From a virus, in the IMG/VR virus record IMGVR_UViG_3300021519_000916, positions 72,507 through 136,506 of that record: a stretch of DNA of 64,000 bases, one strand, 5' to 3'. Made by a program: the position numbers and the translations under genes. Positions 27,548-37,379 of the stretch are shown in pieces. Position 1 is the first letter of the stretch; each line of letters opens with the position of its first letter. The notes beneath the pieces were generated by a model, which was given only the letters and a program-made list of their open reading frames with translations, was not told the origin of the DNA and ran no database searches.

Positions 27548-28418
27548 GCAAGGAACCCAGAAGGGTGATCGTACCGGTGTAGGTACTATTAGCCTGTTTG
27601 GTATGCAACAACGATATAACCTTGCAGAATCATTCCCCGCAGTAACAACTAAAAAATTAGCCTGGAAATCATGTGTAGGTGAACTACTATGGATGATTGA
27701 AGGTAGTGGTGACGAACGTAGACTTGCGGAAATCACACATGGTACTAGAGATGGTGTAGTAACTATCTGGACGCCCAATGCTCTCGCACATTACTGGAAA
27801 CCCAAGGCACAGTTTGAAGGTGACCTAGGTCGTGTGTACGGAGTACAGTGGAGACACTGGCGCAGTTCACAACATGTTAAAACTGGTAGTATTAAAAACG
27901 ACTGCGGAAGTTACTTTAGTGTGCAAGGCGGTATTCAAGAAGTTGAAATAGATCAACTTAAACAATTAATAACCGATATTATTAGAGACCCACACGGACG
28001 ACGACATATACTATCAGCATGGAACCCCGGCGAATTAGAAGCCATGGCCCTGCCACCGTGTCATGTTTTAGCACAGTTTTACGTAGCAGACGGCAAGTTA
28101 TCTTGCCAAATGTATCAGCGTTCCTGCGACATGTTCTTAGGCGTGCCTTTCAACATAGCATCCTATTCCTTACTCACACATATGATTGCTCAAGTGTGCG
28201 GTCTTGAAGTAGGAGAGTTCGTTCACGTGCTCGGCGACGCACACATTTATATGACCCATATAGAGCAGGTTAAAGAACAGTTAAATCGTGAACCATTACC
28301 TGCCCCGCAACTATGGCTTAACCCCGATATAAAAGATATTACTAAATTTACAATGGCAGATATTAAACTTGAAGGCTACACTAGCCACGGTGCCATTAAA
28401 GCGGAAATGGCTGTATGA
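27510..28418 (+). CDS. td: Thymidylate synthase (ThyA type)
   Basis: DRTGVGT, LGRVYGVQWR, ALPPCH, YQRSCDMFLGVPFNIASY, DAHIY; uninterrupted. Confidence 0.96.
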   Translation: MNHYLAALKQVLEQGTQKGDRTGVGTISLFGMQQRYNLAESFPAVTTKKLAWKSCVGELLWMIEGSGDERRLAEITHGTRDGVVTIWTPNALAHYWKPKAQFEGDLGRVYGVQWRHWRSSQHVKTGSIKNDCGSYFSVQGGIQEVEIDQLKQLITDIIRDPHGRRHILSAWNPGELEAMALPPCHVLAQFYVADGKLSCQMYQRSCDMFLGVPFNIASYSLLTHMIAQVCGLEVGEFVHVLGDAHIYMTHIEQVKEQLNREPLPAPQLWLNPDIKDITKFTMADIKLEGYTSHGAIKAEMAV

Positions 28419-29395
28419 AATTTTTAGTAACTGGTGGTGCTGGATTTATTGGGCACAATGTAGTACGGCAATTAGAACAAGCAGGACATGAATGCTGTGT
28501 ACTTGATTGTGTAACAGACTATGGGTTTGTACCACAAGACGAATTAGCGTATCTATATCGTGAACGTGTAAAGCGTATCCAGGCACACATATACCATGTG
28601 GATTTGCGAAATGCAAGTGGTGTTGCAAACTGGTTTGCTCACTACAGCCAAGGTGCCGATGCTGTTATACATCTAGCAAGTTTCCCAAGGCAAAAAGTAG
28701 TCAGTGCTAACCCGGTGTGGGGTGCAGAGGTTATGGGAACTGGACTTGTTAACCTATTAGAGTTAACTAAGCAATACAATATTCCAAAGTTTGTTTACAT
28801 TAGTAGTTCAATGGTGTACGGCAACTTCGATGATGATGTAAAAGAAGATTACAATTGTAAACCGCAGGGCCAATATGGCATTATGAAGCTAATGGGAGAA
28901 AATCTTGTTAAAGACTATACTCGTCGGAATGTGTTTGATCATGTTATTATCCGCCCTAGTGCTGTATACGGAGAGTACGACGTCGAAGACCGAGTTGTGT
29001 CTAAATTTGTACTCTCCGCAATGCGAGGAGAGACACTTAAAGTTAATGGAGCAAATGAAACTCTTGATTTTACGTATGTCGAAGACGCCGCCGCAGGTAT
29101 TGTTGCCGCAACATTAAGTAATAACGCAATCAATAATACGTACAACATTACCAAGAGTCATAGTACATCACTACTACAGGCCGCTAAACTTGCAATTAAA
29201 ATTGCTGGTAGTGGTAAGGTACATGTGGGATTCAAAGATGCAGATTTCCCAAGTCGTGGCGCATTAAACATTGATGCCGCACGTAAAGATTTTAACTTTA
29301 ATCCAAAAGTAGATGTTGAAGAAGGTTTCCAAAAATATGCCAACTGGTTCAGTGATAGCGTTTACTGGTCTACCAAGACAGTACCAAACGCTTAA
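28415..29395 (+). CDS. NAD-dependent nucleotide-sugar epimerase/dehydratase
   Basis: TGGAGFIG, ISSSMVYG, YGIMK, RPSAVYG, DFTYVED. Confidence 0.9.
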   Translation: MKFLVTGGAGFIGHNVVRQLEQAGHECCVLDCVTDYGFVPQDELAYLYRERVKRIQAHIYHVDLRNASGVANWFAHYSQGADAVIHLASFPRQKVVSANPVWGAEVMGTGLVNLLELTKQYNIPKFVYISSSMVYGNFDDDVKEDYNCKPQGQYGIMKLMGENLVKDYTRRNVFDHVIIRPSAVYGEYDVEDRVVSKFVLSAMRGETLKVNGANETLDFTYVEDAAAGIVAATLSNNAINNTYNITKSHSTSLLQAAKLAIKIAGSGKVHVGFKDADFPSRGALNIDAARKDFNFNPKVDVEEGFQKYANWFSDSVYWSTKTVPNA

Positions 29396-30461
29396 ACACG
29401 AATTACTAGAAGCCACTGATAAAGTATTATCAAGTGGGCAGGTTCTTGACGGCCCGTATACAATGGCATTTGAACAGGAAATTGCCAATAGGTGTGATAG
29501 AGCCTATGCCATTTCTGTTAATAGTTGCACACAGGCATTAATATTTGCCCAGGGTGTATTGGGCATTGGCGATAGTAAAGTTCTTATTCCAACACAAACA
29601 TTTATTGCCACATTGAATAGTGTAGTGTTAGCAGGCAACGAGCCTGTATTCTGCGATGTAGATGATAATGCATTATTAGATATTGATTCATGTGATGTGG
29701 CTCTTGCTGGCGCTGGTGTAGAGGCAGTGATGTATGTAAATTTGTTTGGTAACATACTTGATTACGATAAACTAAAGTTAGCCTGTAAATTCTTTAACCC
29801 CAACAATGACATTGCTATTATTGAAGATGCGGCTCAAAGTTTTGGAGCATCATACAAAGGCAGACCGTCCGGTAGTCTAGGTGACATTAGTGTTTTAAGT
29901 TTTGACCCCACAAAGAATTTACCTAACTATGGATCAGGTGGTATGATACTAACAGATGATCCGGATATAGCACAACGATGCCGCGATCTCAAAGACAATG
30001 GTAAATTCCTTGGTAATATAATTGCTGGCACTAACAGTAAAATGAGCGAAGTAGATTGTGGTCACATGCTAGTTAAATTAAATTATTTCGACGCATGGCA
30101 AGCACGGCGTACTAAAATTGCAGATTTTTATACAGAGCATCTAAGTGCGTATGTAGATCCCATGCTACCAAACGATAATGTTATTCATGCCTGGCACAAA
30201 TATGTTATACGTGTACACAGTCGACATAATTTAGAAACGTACCTGAGTAAACACGGTATTGAGACCAAAGTACACTACGAAAAAGCACTACACGAATATG
30301 ATTTAGCCTATGATTATAACAATAATTATAACTACGAAGCTTTTAGAAGTGCTGTTGCACATAGCAAAGAAGCACTGAGTTTACCGATATACCCAGAGAT
30401 GACTGATGCCGAAGTCGAAACAGTAGCAGAAACTATTGTTGAATATTATGCAGGCGAGTAA
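29337..30461 (+). CDS. DegT/DnrJ/EryC1/StrS sugar aminotransferase
   Basis: IIEDAAQS, SFDPTKNL..YGSGG, LSLPIYP. Confidence 0.9.
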   Translation: MPTGSVIAFTGLPRQYQTLKHELLEATDKVLSSGQVLDGPYTMAFEQEIANRCDRAYAISVNSCTQALIFAQGVLGIGDSKVLIPTQTFIATLNSVVLAGNEPVFCDVDDNALLDIDSCDVALAGAGVEAVMYVNLFGNILDYDKLKLACKFFNPNNDIAIIEDAAQSFGASYKGRPSGSLGDISVLSFDPTKNLPNYGSGGMILTDDPDIAQRCRDLKDNGKFLGNIIAGTNSKMSEVDCGHMLVKLNYFDAWQARRTKIADFYTEHLSAYVDPMLPNDNVIHAWHKYVIRVHSRHNLETYLSKHGIETKVHYEKALHEYDLAYDYNNNYNYEAFRSAVAHSKEALSLPIYPEMTDAEVETVAETIVEYYAGE

Positions 30462-32274
30462 ATCGTGTATTGAGCCAATCCCACTCGAAGCTTAGTTTTA
30501 ACTTTTCGTAGTCTCCCCCAACTTCATTGTAGTAATCCACAGCATCGTTTGCACCTTGCAAACAATATTCAGCATACATACCTTGTGCAACTGTACACCA
30601 AACACGTAGACGTTCTTCTGTTTCTAATGTAGGCTCTGTGGCCATTGAGTATTTTAGCTTGACTACTTCACGGAAAGCAGTACGCCAAGTCATCCACGCA
30701 CTTTGATTAAAATGTGCTGTTCCGCTTAGAATAGGAACTACTTCGTGTGCTTGACTAAGAGTGAAGTCAATGCCGGGTGTATTGTTTTCTAACACCAATC
30801 TTTTGTTGTAGGCAATCATACCTTGATGTCCGTATTCCAACCCATTTACAGGATTACGGCTATTAAAGATATAATGTTTTGGTTCTTGGAAGTAATCCGG
30901 TGACCAAGTAAACCACGGAAAGTCACTGCCCAGAACTTCTAGTTTAGCAAACACCGCAAAGAACCAAGGTGTTGTGCTCTGTCGTGCGGCTTCTTGATAT
31001 GCGGCAACTCGTCCATTTACCCCACGTACCCATTTTGCACTAGTATTGCTCATATAACACAAATGTTCGTACCACTTTTCTTCATCAGGTTCGCCATTGG
31101 ATATATAGACTATGTCTAGGCAATCACGGCCTCCTAAGTTGTCGTTTAACAGTAGATTCGTCTCCTCAACGTAAGGATAATCGTAGATTTGCGACACTAA
31201 ATCTTCCTTGATATCTCGAGGTACTAGTGCGGTCGCACCTGCTACACTTGCACGTATTACAGTACGATCTTTTTTAGTCCATAAGCAAGGACAATCAGCA
31301 AACATCAAATCCGGTAACGTTGTAAACATTACGTAAGGAGTTTTAAATTCATGGTTCTTAATTTCGGTTACTAGATCATCGGTGTCGTAAACATGGACCG
31401 GCGTATCAAACCTGGACAGCACTTGATCATCACAATAATTAATTACATTAAACCAATCTAGTAACTCTAAGTCTACCATTTGTTGAGCAAAACTAGGAAC
31501 GTGTATGTAGAACGTATCTCCACGTTTTTGATTACCACTTGGAAAACAATGGATCATTTCTTTTTGAGCTTCACTTGGATGCCAAGTAAAGTCAAATTGC
31601 GTATAGTCACATACGCTACTGATAATCCACACGTATTCTGTTGTGGCCAAATTCATAATGCGCTTGAATACATTAAGATGGTTGTCTACGTAGCGGGTAC
31701 TCTTTATAGTAGGATGGTCACATTTCAACACATCAAATTGATGACGATTGATTGTGGTATTCATAAAGTCCATGTAAAAGATTTGCGTGGAGCCAGCTTT
31801 GATCTTTTGATTTGTCATGTACTTTACACCTGCTGTGCCCGGGTATACTGGACCGCCTTCACGTTGCCACTGAGTGGGAAAACGATATTCGTATTCAGGT
31901 TCAGTTCGATCTGGGTGCCAACTATAATCAAACTCACTATCATCTATATTGTCGGGTACTGCCCATTTATCTCTATTTGGTAATCTTATAACTTTTTGTT
32001 CTGTACAGAAATTCCATTCACGATTTTTTACAGTATCTTTATTTGCAAAATATACTTCTCCGTTACGTTGCCATTGGCTGGCAAATACGTGTACGTAGTT
32101 ATCTTCCCACGGAGGATTAAGCCAATCAAAATCAAATCCGGTGTAGTCATTGCCCCCATAAATATACCAGTAGCGGCCAGTACGGCACAACTCTGCTGCG
32201 TGTTCTAAACTATCAGCAGGTCTTTCAAATTCAAATAAGTTTGGCTTTGGGCCAAAGTAAAAAACATCAAACAT
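30433..32274 (-). CDS. Multi-domain GT-A-like glycosyltransferase
   Basis: Repeated FD(F/Y).W.P units; C-terminal domain (YISNGEP, NPVNGLEYG, WRTAFRE) paralogous to 47477-48373. Confidence 0.55.
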   Translation of the reverse strand: MFDVFYFGPKPNLFEFERPADSLEHAAELCRTGRYWYIYGGNDYTGFDFDWLNPPWEDNYVHVFASQWQRNGEVYFANKDTVKNREWNFCTEQKVIRLPNRDKWAVPDNIDDSEFDYSWHPDRTEPEYEYRFPTQWQREGGPVYPGTAGVKYMTNQKIKAGSTQIFYMDFMNTTINRHQFDVLKCDHPTIKSTRYVDNHLNVFKRIMNLATTEYVWIISSVCDYTQFDFTWHPSEAQKEMIHCFPSGNQKRGDTFYIHVPSFAQQMVDLELLDWFNVINYCDDQVLSRFDTPVHVYDTDDLVTEIKNHEFKTPYVMFTTLPDLMFADCPCLWTKKDRTVIRASVAGATALVPRDIKEDLVSQIYDYPYVEETNLLLNDNLGGRDCLDIVYISNGEPDEEKWYEHLCYMSNTSAKWVRGVNGRVAAYQEAARQSTTPWFFAVFAKLEVLGSDFPWFTWSPDYFQEPKHYIFNSRNPVNGLEYGHQGMIAYNKRLVLENNTPGIDFTLSQAHEVVPILSGTAHFNQSAWMTWRTAFREVVKLKYSMATEPTLETEERLRVWCTVAQGMYAEYCLQGANDAVDYYNEVGGDYEKLKLSFEWDWLNTRFTRLHNIQQ

Positions 32275-33442
32275 GTATAATATCGCTCAGCATTATGAAA
32301 ACATTTATCAATACTTAAAAACTATTATAACAGATCCACGGGTTGCATATCTACATCCTTTTGGGTCAACTCAACCAGAAAACTTAGAAATCATTCGCGA
32401 TGATGATAGCGGGTATAAACGTAAAGATCCATTGTTTATTTTTTATGATCAGGAACCATTAAATTTTGTATATAATAAACCATTATTTGATTACATAAAG
32501 CAAAACACAATGGGTCCTTATATACTAGTTAGCACAGAAAAACATAGTGCCGAAAAAGAACGTATATGCCAAGAATATAATTTTGCCAACTTGGATTATT
32601 TCTTTCATATCTTTGCTGCCACTGATTGGTACCGAGGACACCAGTACATTCCAAATATAGTTCTACCATCTAAACGAAAAATACAAAAAACATATATCAC
32701 ATTTAACAGGCTTACTAGCGGTGAACGTATATATCGTAGTTTGTTTATTAACGAGTTATATAAAAGCGATCTATTAGAATCTGGATACATTAGTTATAGT
32801 AAAGAATGCCCTGATGGCGGAAACTTTGCAGACAACTTGCGTATGGGTGTAACCAATCAAAAATTAAATCCAACAATAGTAGAAGAAGCAATTACCAATA
32901 TCAGTAACATTAATTCTTTAAGAATTGATTTTGCCAAGGATGAATATATCCCAAATCAAAGCATGGTGTTAAGCCCTATTAAAGAGCTAATGGAAAGTTT
33001 TGTTTTTGTAGTAACCGAAACATGTTACTGGCAAGACAAAACACATTTAACTGAAAAAATATTTAAACCAATAGTGTTACGTATGCCTTTTATATTAGTT
33101 GGGTGTGTTAACAATCTGGCATACTTAAGAGACTACGGCTTTAAAACATTTAACGAATACTGGGACGAAAGTTACGACACAATAGCTGACCCTATACTAC
33201 GGTTGCAGGCCATAACTAAAATTATAAAATCATTGAGCGAACTTAGTAGTGATCAGTTACAGTATATGCTAAACAAAATGAGTCCAATACTAGAACATAA
33301 CTACAAATTATTTAATAGTCCAGACTTTGTTAAAAACGAATGGGACCACTTAACTAACTCATTAACTGCTATTTCAAAGCTGTATAAGTTTGAACCACCG
33401 TATTCATTGAATCCTAGACTAGGGCAAGCGATTCCATGCTGA
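32273..33442 (+). CDS. Putative glycosyltransferase (GT-B/GT10-like TEK..KP family)
   Basis: VVTET...LTEKIFKPI..PF...GFKTF..WDESYD; paralog of 39715-40668. Confidence 0.5.
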   Translation: MYNIAQHYENIYQYLKTIITDPRVAYLHPFGSTQPENLEIIRDDDSGYKRKDPLFIFYDQEPLNFVYNKPLFDYIKQNTMGPYILVSTEKHSAEKERICQEYNFANLDYFFHIFAATDWYRGHQYIPNIVLPSKRKIQKTYITFNRLTSGERIYRSLFINELYKSDLLESGYISYSKECPDGGNFADNLRMGVTNQKLNPTIVEEAITNISNINSLRIDFAKDEYIPNQSMVLSPIKELMESFVFVVTETCYWQDKTHLTEKIFKPIVLRMPFILVGCVNNLAYLRDYGFKTFNEYWDESYDTIADPILRLQAITKIIKSLSELSSDQLQYMLNKMSPILEHNYKLFNSPDFVKNEWDHLTNSLTAISKLYKFEPPYSLNPRLGQAIPC

Positions 33443-33610
33443 TTCGTGTATGTAGTACAAGATAGTATTGGCAATTATCTGTGCAATAGCAATGCTGGTA
33501 GCAATAAAAAATTGCCCAGTGACCAAGTAACTTATTAAGAATGTACTAGTTGACCCAACTAAGCGCCAGGTCAACGTTTTCCATAATGTGCGATACTTAC
33601 TCAATTCCAA
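33419..33610 (-). CDS. DUF2061-like small membrane protein
   Basis: KTLTWR.....T...Y..TG...YYIHE..W. Confidence 0.7.
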   Translation of the reverse strand: MELSKYRTLWKTLTWRLVGSTSTFLISYLVTGQFFIATSIAIAQIIANTILYYIHESAWNRLP

Positions 33611-34388
33611 GACTTTTTCTAATCTTTGTAGCTGAAATGTCAGTTATCTTTTCATCAAACGTTTCTTCCCCGCTAGTATAACCGACCCCGCGACCCCATC
33701 CAATGTGTACAATGTTTGGTACTATTTGTATTTCGTACAATCCTTGATATAACGGATCTAGATCTTGCTTAATAAAACTCTTAACTTTAGTTACCTCAAA
33801 CGGATTGCTACCTTGCCATCCCTGTACATCACGTACTTGAATAATAACTTGACCAGTTCGTTGTAATAGGCGCTCAAACAATGCACGATGTCCATCGTGC
33901 CACGGTTGCCAACGGCCCAACATCTGTACTGTTTCTTTTTTCCAATCAAACACAGGCCGGCGGCGATTGTCTACAATATGCTCAGAAATAAAGTCTGCCC
34001 ACTTCTCTGCATTTTGTTCGTTAATGCGGAAGTCATATAACTCGGGCTCAACAAACATTGCATTTGTATCCGCATAACGGCCTTCGCGTATTGTATCTAC
34101 CCAAATAGTCCAGTCTGCTTTAAAGTTGTTACGCATTTCAACCAATGGCGCAACAAAGTCACATAATGCGTAGTCTGTTCCGCAAGTCTCTGCTAAGTCA
34201 TACATACGTTTACTTTGGCGAATACGGCCTGCTTCGCTGAAGTCCCAATCGTTAAACTGTTTACGAACTTCATCGGCATTAAACCATGTTATAGTTTTGC
34301 CTGTTGTTTCAATTAACTTCTTTAATTCTGTTGCTAATGTTGTTTTACCTGCGCCGGGTAAACCCATAATTAATATACGTTGTGTCAT
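33597..34388 (-). CDS. Adenylylsulfate-kinase-like P-loop kinase fused to HxGH nucleotidyltransferase domain
   Basis: GLPGAGKT, NADEVR, DFSEAGR; C-terminal GRWQPWHDGH...ISATKIR. Confidence 0.75.
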   Translation of the reverse strand: MTQRILIMGLPGAGKTTLATELKKLIETTGKTITWFNADEVRKQFNDWDFSEAGRIRQSKRMYDLAETCGTDYALCDFVAPLVEMRNNFKADWTIWVDTIREGRYADTNAMFVEPELYDFRINEQNAEKWADFISEHIVDNRRRPVFDWKKETVQMLGRWQPWHDGHRALFERLLQRTGQVIIQVRDVQGWQGSNPFEVTKVKSFIKQDLDPLYQGLYEIQIVPNIVHIGWGRGVGYTSGEETFDEKITDISATKIRKSLGIE

Positions 34389-35860
34389 GATAGTACCTTT
34401 ATATTATATTGCTGTTCGAACCGATCTGCGTCATTGCGATCATTTACCATGGGTTCGCCACGGATGTTAAGACTTGTGTTAAGTAACATGGGACATCCTG
34501 TTACAACAAACCATTTTTCTAATAGGGCCCGTAGACCCGATCCATCTTCGGGGACAGTTTGCACCCTACTAGTATTATCGTGATGAGCGATAGCAGGGAA
34601 TAGAAGCGGATATTTACATACTCCCACGGACTGCATGTAAGGACTATCCATAAAGCCACGTGGCATATCAAAATACTCGTGAACTTGCTCGGCAAGTATC
34701 GCTGGAGCGAACGGTCTAAATTTTTGTCTTCGTTTAATTTCATTTACTTTATCCTTAATATCTTGTCCTCGCGGATCTGCTAACAAACTACGGTTGCCTA
34801 ATGCTCGTGGACCAAACTCCGCCTTGCCACTTGCCACCCCGACGATCTTGTCCACAAGTAAACTGTCAAGCAAAGCATTAACTGGATAAGGACCAGGAAT
34901 GTTATGCCCCAGAAAAGCATCGTCCCAAGTAAGTCGCTTGCCATAATGTAGTGCAGCCGCACCAAGGCTACTGCCTGCATCACCAGGGCAAGGCATAATC
35001 CATATTTTATCAAAGTAGTCTCCAAGATTTTTATTGGCCAAGCAATTCAATGCTACACCGCCACTGTACACTAAATTACGGCTCCATCCAAAATTCTTTG
35101 CACGGTACATTATGTTATATATTAAATTCTCGCATAACTTTTGTGCAGATGTTGCGATATCCATTAAGTTTGCATTATCTAAATATGGCGCATCTGCACC
35201 TATATGTAAATTTTGTCTAAAGGTAATATCTCCTTCGTGCTCAATAAGGTTATCTTTCATCTGCGTTGTATACTTAGGCTTGCCATACGCAGACATGCCC
35301 ATTAATATGTATTCATCTTCGTTGGGGTTTAATCCTACTCGCTGTGTCATTGCGCTATAAAACAATCCAATACTATGCGGATACGTTTGACGCCACAGTC
35401 TGTGATATTGTGCTATGCCATCTACATACTGAGCACCCCATATACTAATCGTGTCCCATTCGCCAATGGCATCAATAACAACCACAGTGGCTTTATCAAA
35501 TGTGCTAGTTTGGAACCCGCCTGCCGCATGACTTAAATGATGGTTAAACGTATATACACGATCTGGAACAATTTGTCCACCCAGTTGTTTTTTTAATATT
35601 TGCTGTACAGTAAATTTGTTCCATTCTATGCCTTCTCCGCTATACAGTCTACGTAATTGCTTGGCCCACGGACGTTCATAATATGCAACCACGTCCGGCC
35701 CATAGATAGAGATATCATCAAGCAATCCCTGGCAGAAGTTGGGGTCGTTCTTAATTTTGCTGTAGCGTTCGCTATGTCCAGCAAATAAGATTTTACCCGA
35801 AGTGTTTATTACTGTTGCAGCGGCGTCATGGAAGCCGGCTGATATTCCTAATATGTTCAT
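34385..35860 (-). CDS. O-carbamoyltransferase (NodU/CmcH/TobZ family)
   Basis: FHDAAA, ERYSKIK, HHLSHAA, DAIGE, GGVALNC, EFGPRALGNRS, RPFAP, LNTSLN. Confidence 0.93.
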   Translation of the reverse strand: MNILGISAGFHDAAATVINTSGKILFAGHSERYSKIKNDPNFCQGLLDDISIYGPDVVAYYERPWAKQLRRLYSGEGIEWNKFTVQQILKKQLGGQIVPDRVYTFNHHLSHAAGGFQTSTFDKATVVVIDAIGEWDTISIWGAQYVDGIAQYHRLWRQTYPHSIGLFYSAMTQRVGLNPNEDEYILMGMSAYGKPKYTTQMKDNLIEHEGDITFRQNLHIGADAPYLDNANLMDIATSAQKLCENLIYNIMYRAKNFGWSRNLVYSGGVALNCLANKNLGDYFDKIWIMPCPGDAGSSLGAAALHYGKRLTWDDAFLGHNIPGPYPVNALLDSLLVDKIVGVASGKAEFGPRALGNRSLLADPRGQDIKDKVNEIKRRQKFRPFAPAILAEQVHEYFDMPRGFMDSPYMQSVGVCKYPLLFPAIAHHDNTSRVQTVPEDGSGLRALLEKWFVVTGCPMLLNTSLNIRGEPMVNDRNDADRFEQQYNIKVLS

Positions 35861-36497
35861 TGATGTTTTCTGCTATTCGTTGATGTCCAAGTTCCAATGG
35901 ATGGCCGCCTGGCCCTTTTGGGCAACTACCGGCTATCTCTGCCATTCCATAATTATCCCACCCTGGGAAATTATTCTTATCGATTTCATTTGCTAGATAA
36001 CCTAGTCCTTTTAAACTAGAACTTCTATAGTATTCGTTATTAACAATATTCAACATTACATAAGGAATATTGTTTGCCTTTAAATATGACTGTAGCGAAA
36101 TTACATTTACTAAGTATTGTTGATACAAATACTCTGAGTTATGATATTTGTTTATATAAGTAAGCCAATCATTTCTCCAAGGATGGTCATGAAAGAATTT
36201 TGATTTCCCCGAATACCCGGGCCAAAGATCGTATTCGACACCAATGTCATCTTTCCATTCTACCCGGCCTGCGCTGGTCCACCCTACTACAACTAAATCA
36301 TATTTTTCGTTTGCTATCCCTGACAGTTCAACTATAGTGCGTCTAAGTATACTTGTATTACTACATCCAGATTGCCCTAAATTAACAACATCGTAGTTGA
36401 TTAAATTAGCTAGTTTGTAGGGCCAAGCGTTGTGTATATCAGATAACTCGTCCCCGTAGGTAAAACTATCGCCTACAGCCAATAATCTTTTTTTCAT
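35826..36497 (-). CDS. SGNH/GDSL-hydrolase-like protein
   Basis: VGDSFTYG, NLG.SG.SN, GHPLELGH. Confidence 0.7.
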   Translation of the reverse strand: MKKRLLAVGDSFTYGDELSDIHNAWPYKLANLINYDVVNLGQSGCSNTSILRRTIVELSGIANEKYDLVVVGWTSAGRVEWKDDIGVEYDLWPGYSGKSKFFHDHPWRNDWLTYINKYHNSEYLYQQYLVNVISLQSYLKANNIPYVMLNIVNNEYYRSSSLKGLGYLANEIDKNNFPGWDNYGMAEIAGSCPKGPGGHPLELGHQRIAENINEHIRNISRLP

Positions 36498-36595
36498 TTG
36501 TAAATAAACGGATCTCTTTTACGTAGCTCTTTGAGCTTTTTGCGATAACGAATTTCCAGTACAATTCTATTGTACCAATTTTTCAACCATTTCAT
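36494..36595 (-). CDS. 33-aa basic peptide (not in ORF track)
   Basis: MKWLKNWYNRIVLEIRYRKKLKELRKRDPFIYK; ATGA-coupled to next gene. Confidence 0.6.
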   Translation of the reverse strand: MKWLKNWYNRIVLEIRYRKKLKELRKRDPFIYK

Positions 36596-37379
36596 TGAAT
36601 TGTCCTTGAATTAATTTTGCGGCGTCTTGGTGGGCTTCTTCTAGCGGATGCGTAGTACCCATACTATACTTATTCTCTACTGCCCACTGGTAAAAACCTC
36701 TTGGCCCAATAGTTTCCCAATTCTGTGTTCCGCTTGGGAATTTATATATTGTATCTAATTGTATTTGATTATGCAGACTTCGTATGTTGATGTCTGGGGT
36801 TCTTAGTATACTATTGTAAAATATTATGCTATCCGAAAAAGAAAACAAAAATGGTATTTTATTTGCAATTAAGTAATTTTGTAGATAAACAATTTGCTTC
36901 AACGTATTGTAAGTTTCCCAATATTCTGTTCCGCCCACCTTTTTAAAATACTCTGTGGCAAATGCTGTTACCCCAGAATCTTTTGCTCTATTAATATGGT
37001 CGCGTTGTTGTTGTAAAATATCTGGATTATCGCTATGAAATTCTTTTTGTATTTCGTTAACATCTGCCACGTGCCATGCACCAATTGTATACCACGGACT
37101 ACGTTGTCCTGTGGGGAAATCAAAATAGAATTCATATCTGTTTGGAAAAGTCCATTGCACCACAACTGCATGTTTTATACCTTTTGATGTTTCGCAAGCA
37201 TTAATGGTATTACGGGCTATTGCTTCGTTGCCTGCACCAGCAACAGCAACATTTAAACATTCCATGTCTCGAGATTTTGCTAACAAGCACGGCCAAGTTG
37301 ATGTGCTGGCTGTTATCCCGTTAGGGCAATCTTTTAATTCATTTCCAAATATAAAGCTATCACCGGCTGCTATAATCAT
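36567..37379 (-). CDS. SGNH/GDSL-hydrolase-like protein
   Basis: AGDSFIFG, GAGN, VQWT, THPLEEAH. Confidence 0.7.
   Translation of the reverse strand: MIIAAGDSFIFGNELKDCPNGITASTSTWPCLLAKSRDMECLNVAVAGAGNEAIARNTINACETSKGIKHAVVVQWTFPNRYEFYFDFPTGQRSPWYTIGAWHVADVNEIQKEFHSDNPDILQQQRDHINRAKDSGVTAFATEYFKKVGGTEYWETYNTLKQIVYLQNYLIANKIPFLFSFSDSIIFYNSILRTPDINIRSLHNQIQLDTIYKFPSGTQNWETIGPRGFYQWAVENKYSMGTTHPLEEAHQDAAKLIQGQFNEMVEKLVQ

Noticed and set aside
27510-28418. Group I intron in td, or a base-modifying thymidylate synthase homolog
   Set aside because: The ORF is continuous and keeps the canonical ThyA motifs, including the dUMP-specific Asn (PFNIASY), next to DHFR
33597-37379. Saxitoxin biosynthesis cluster
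   Set aside because: Only generic tailoring families are present (carbamoyltransferase, SGNH, APS kinase); no sxtA/sxtG-type core genes
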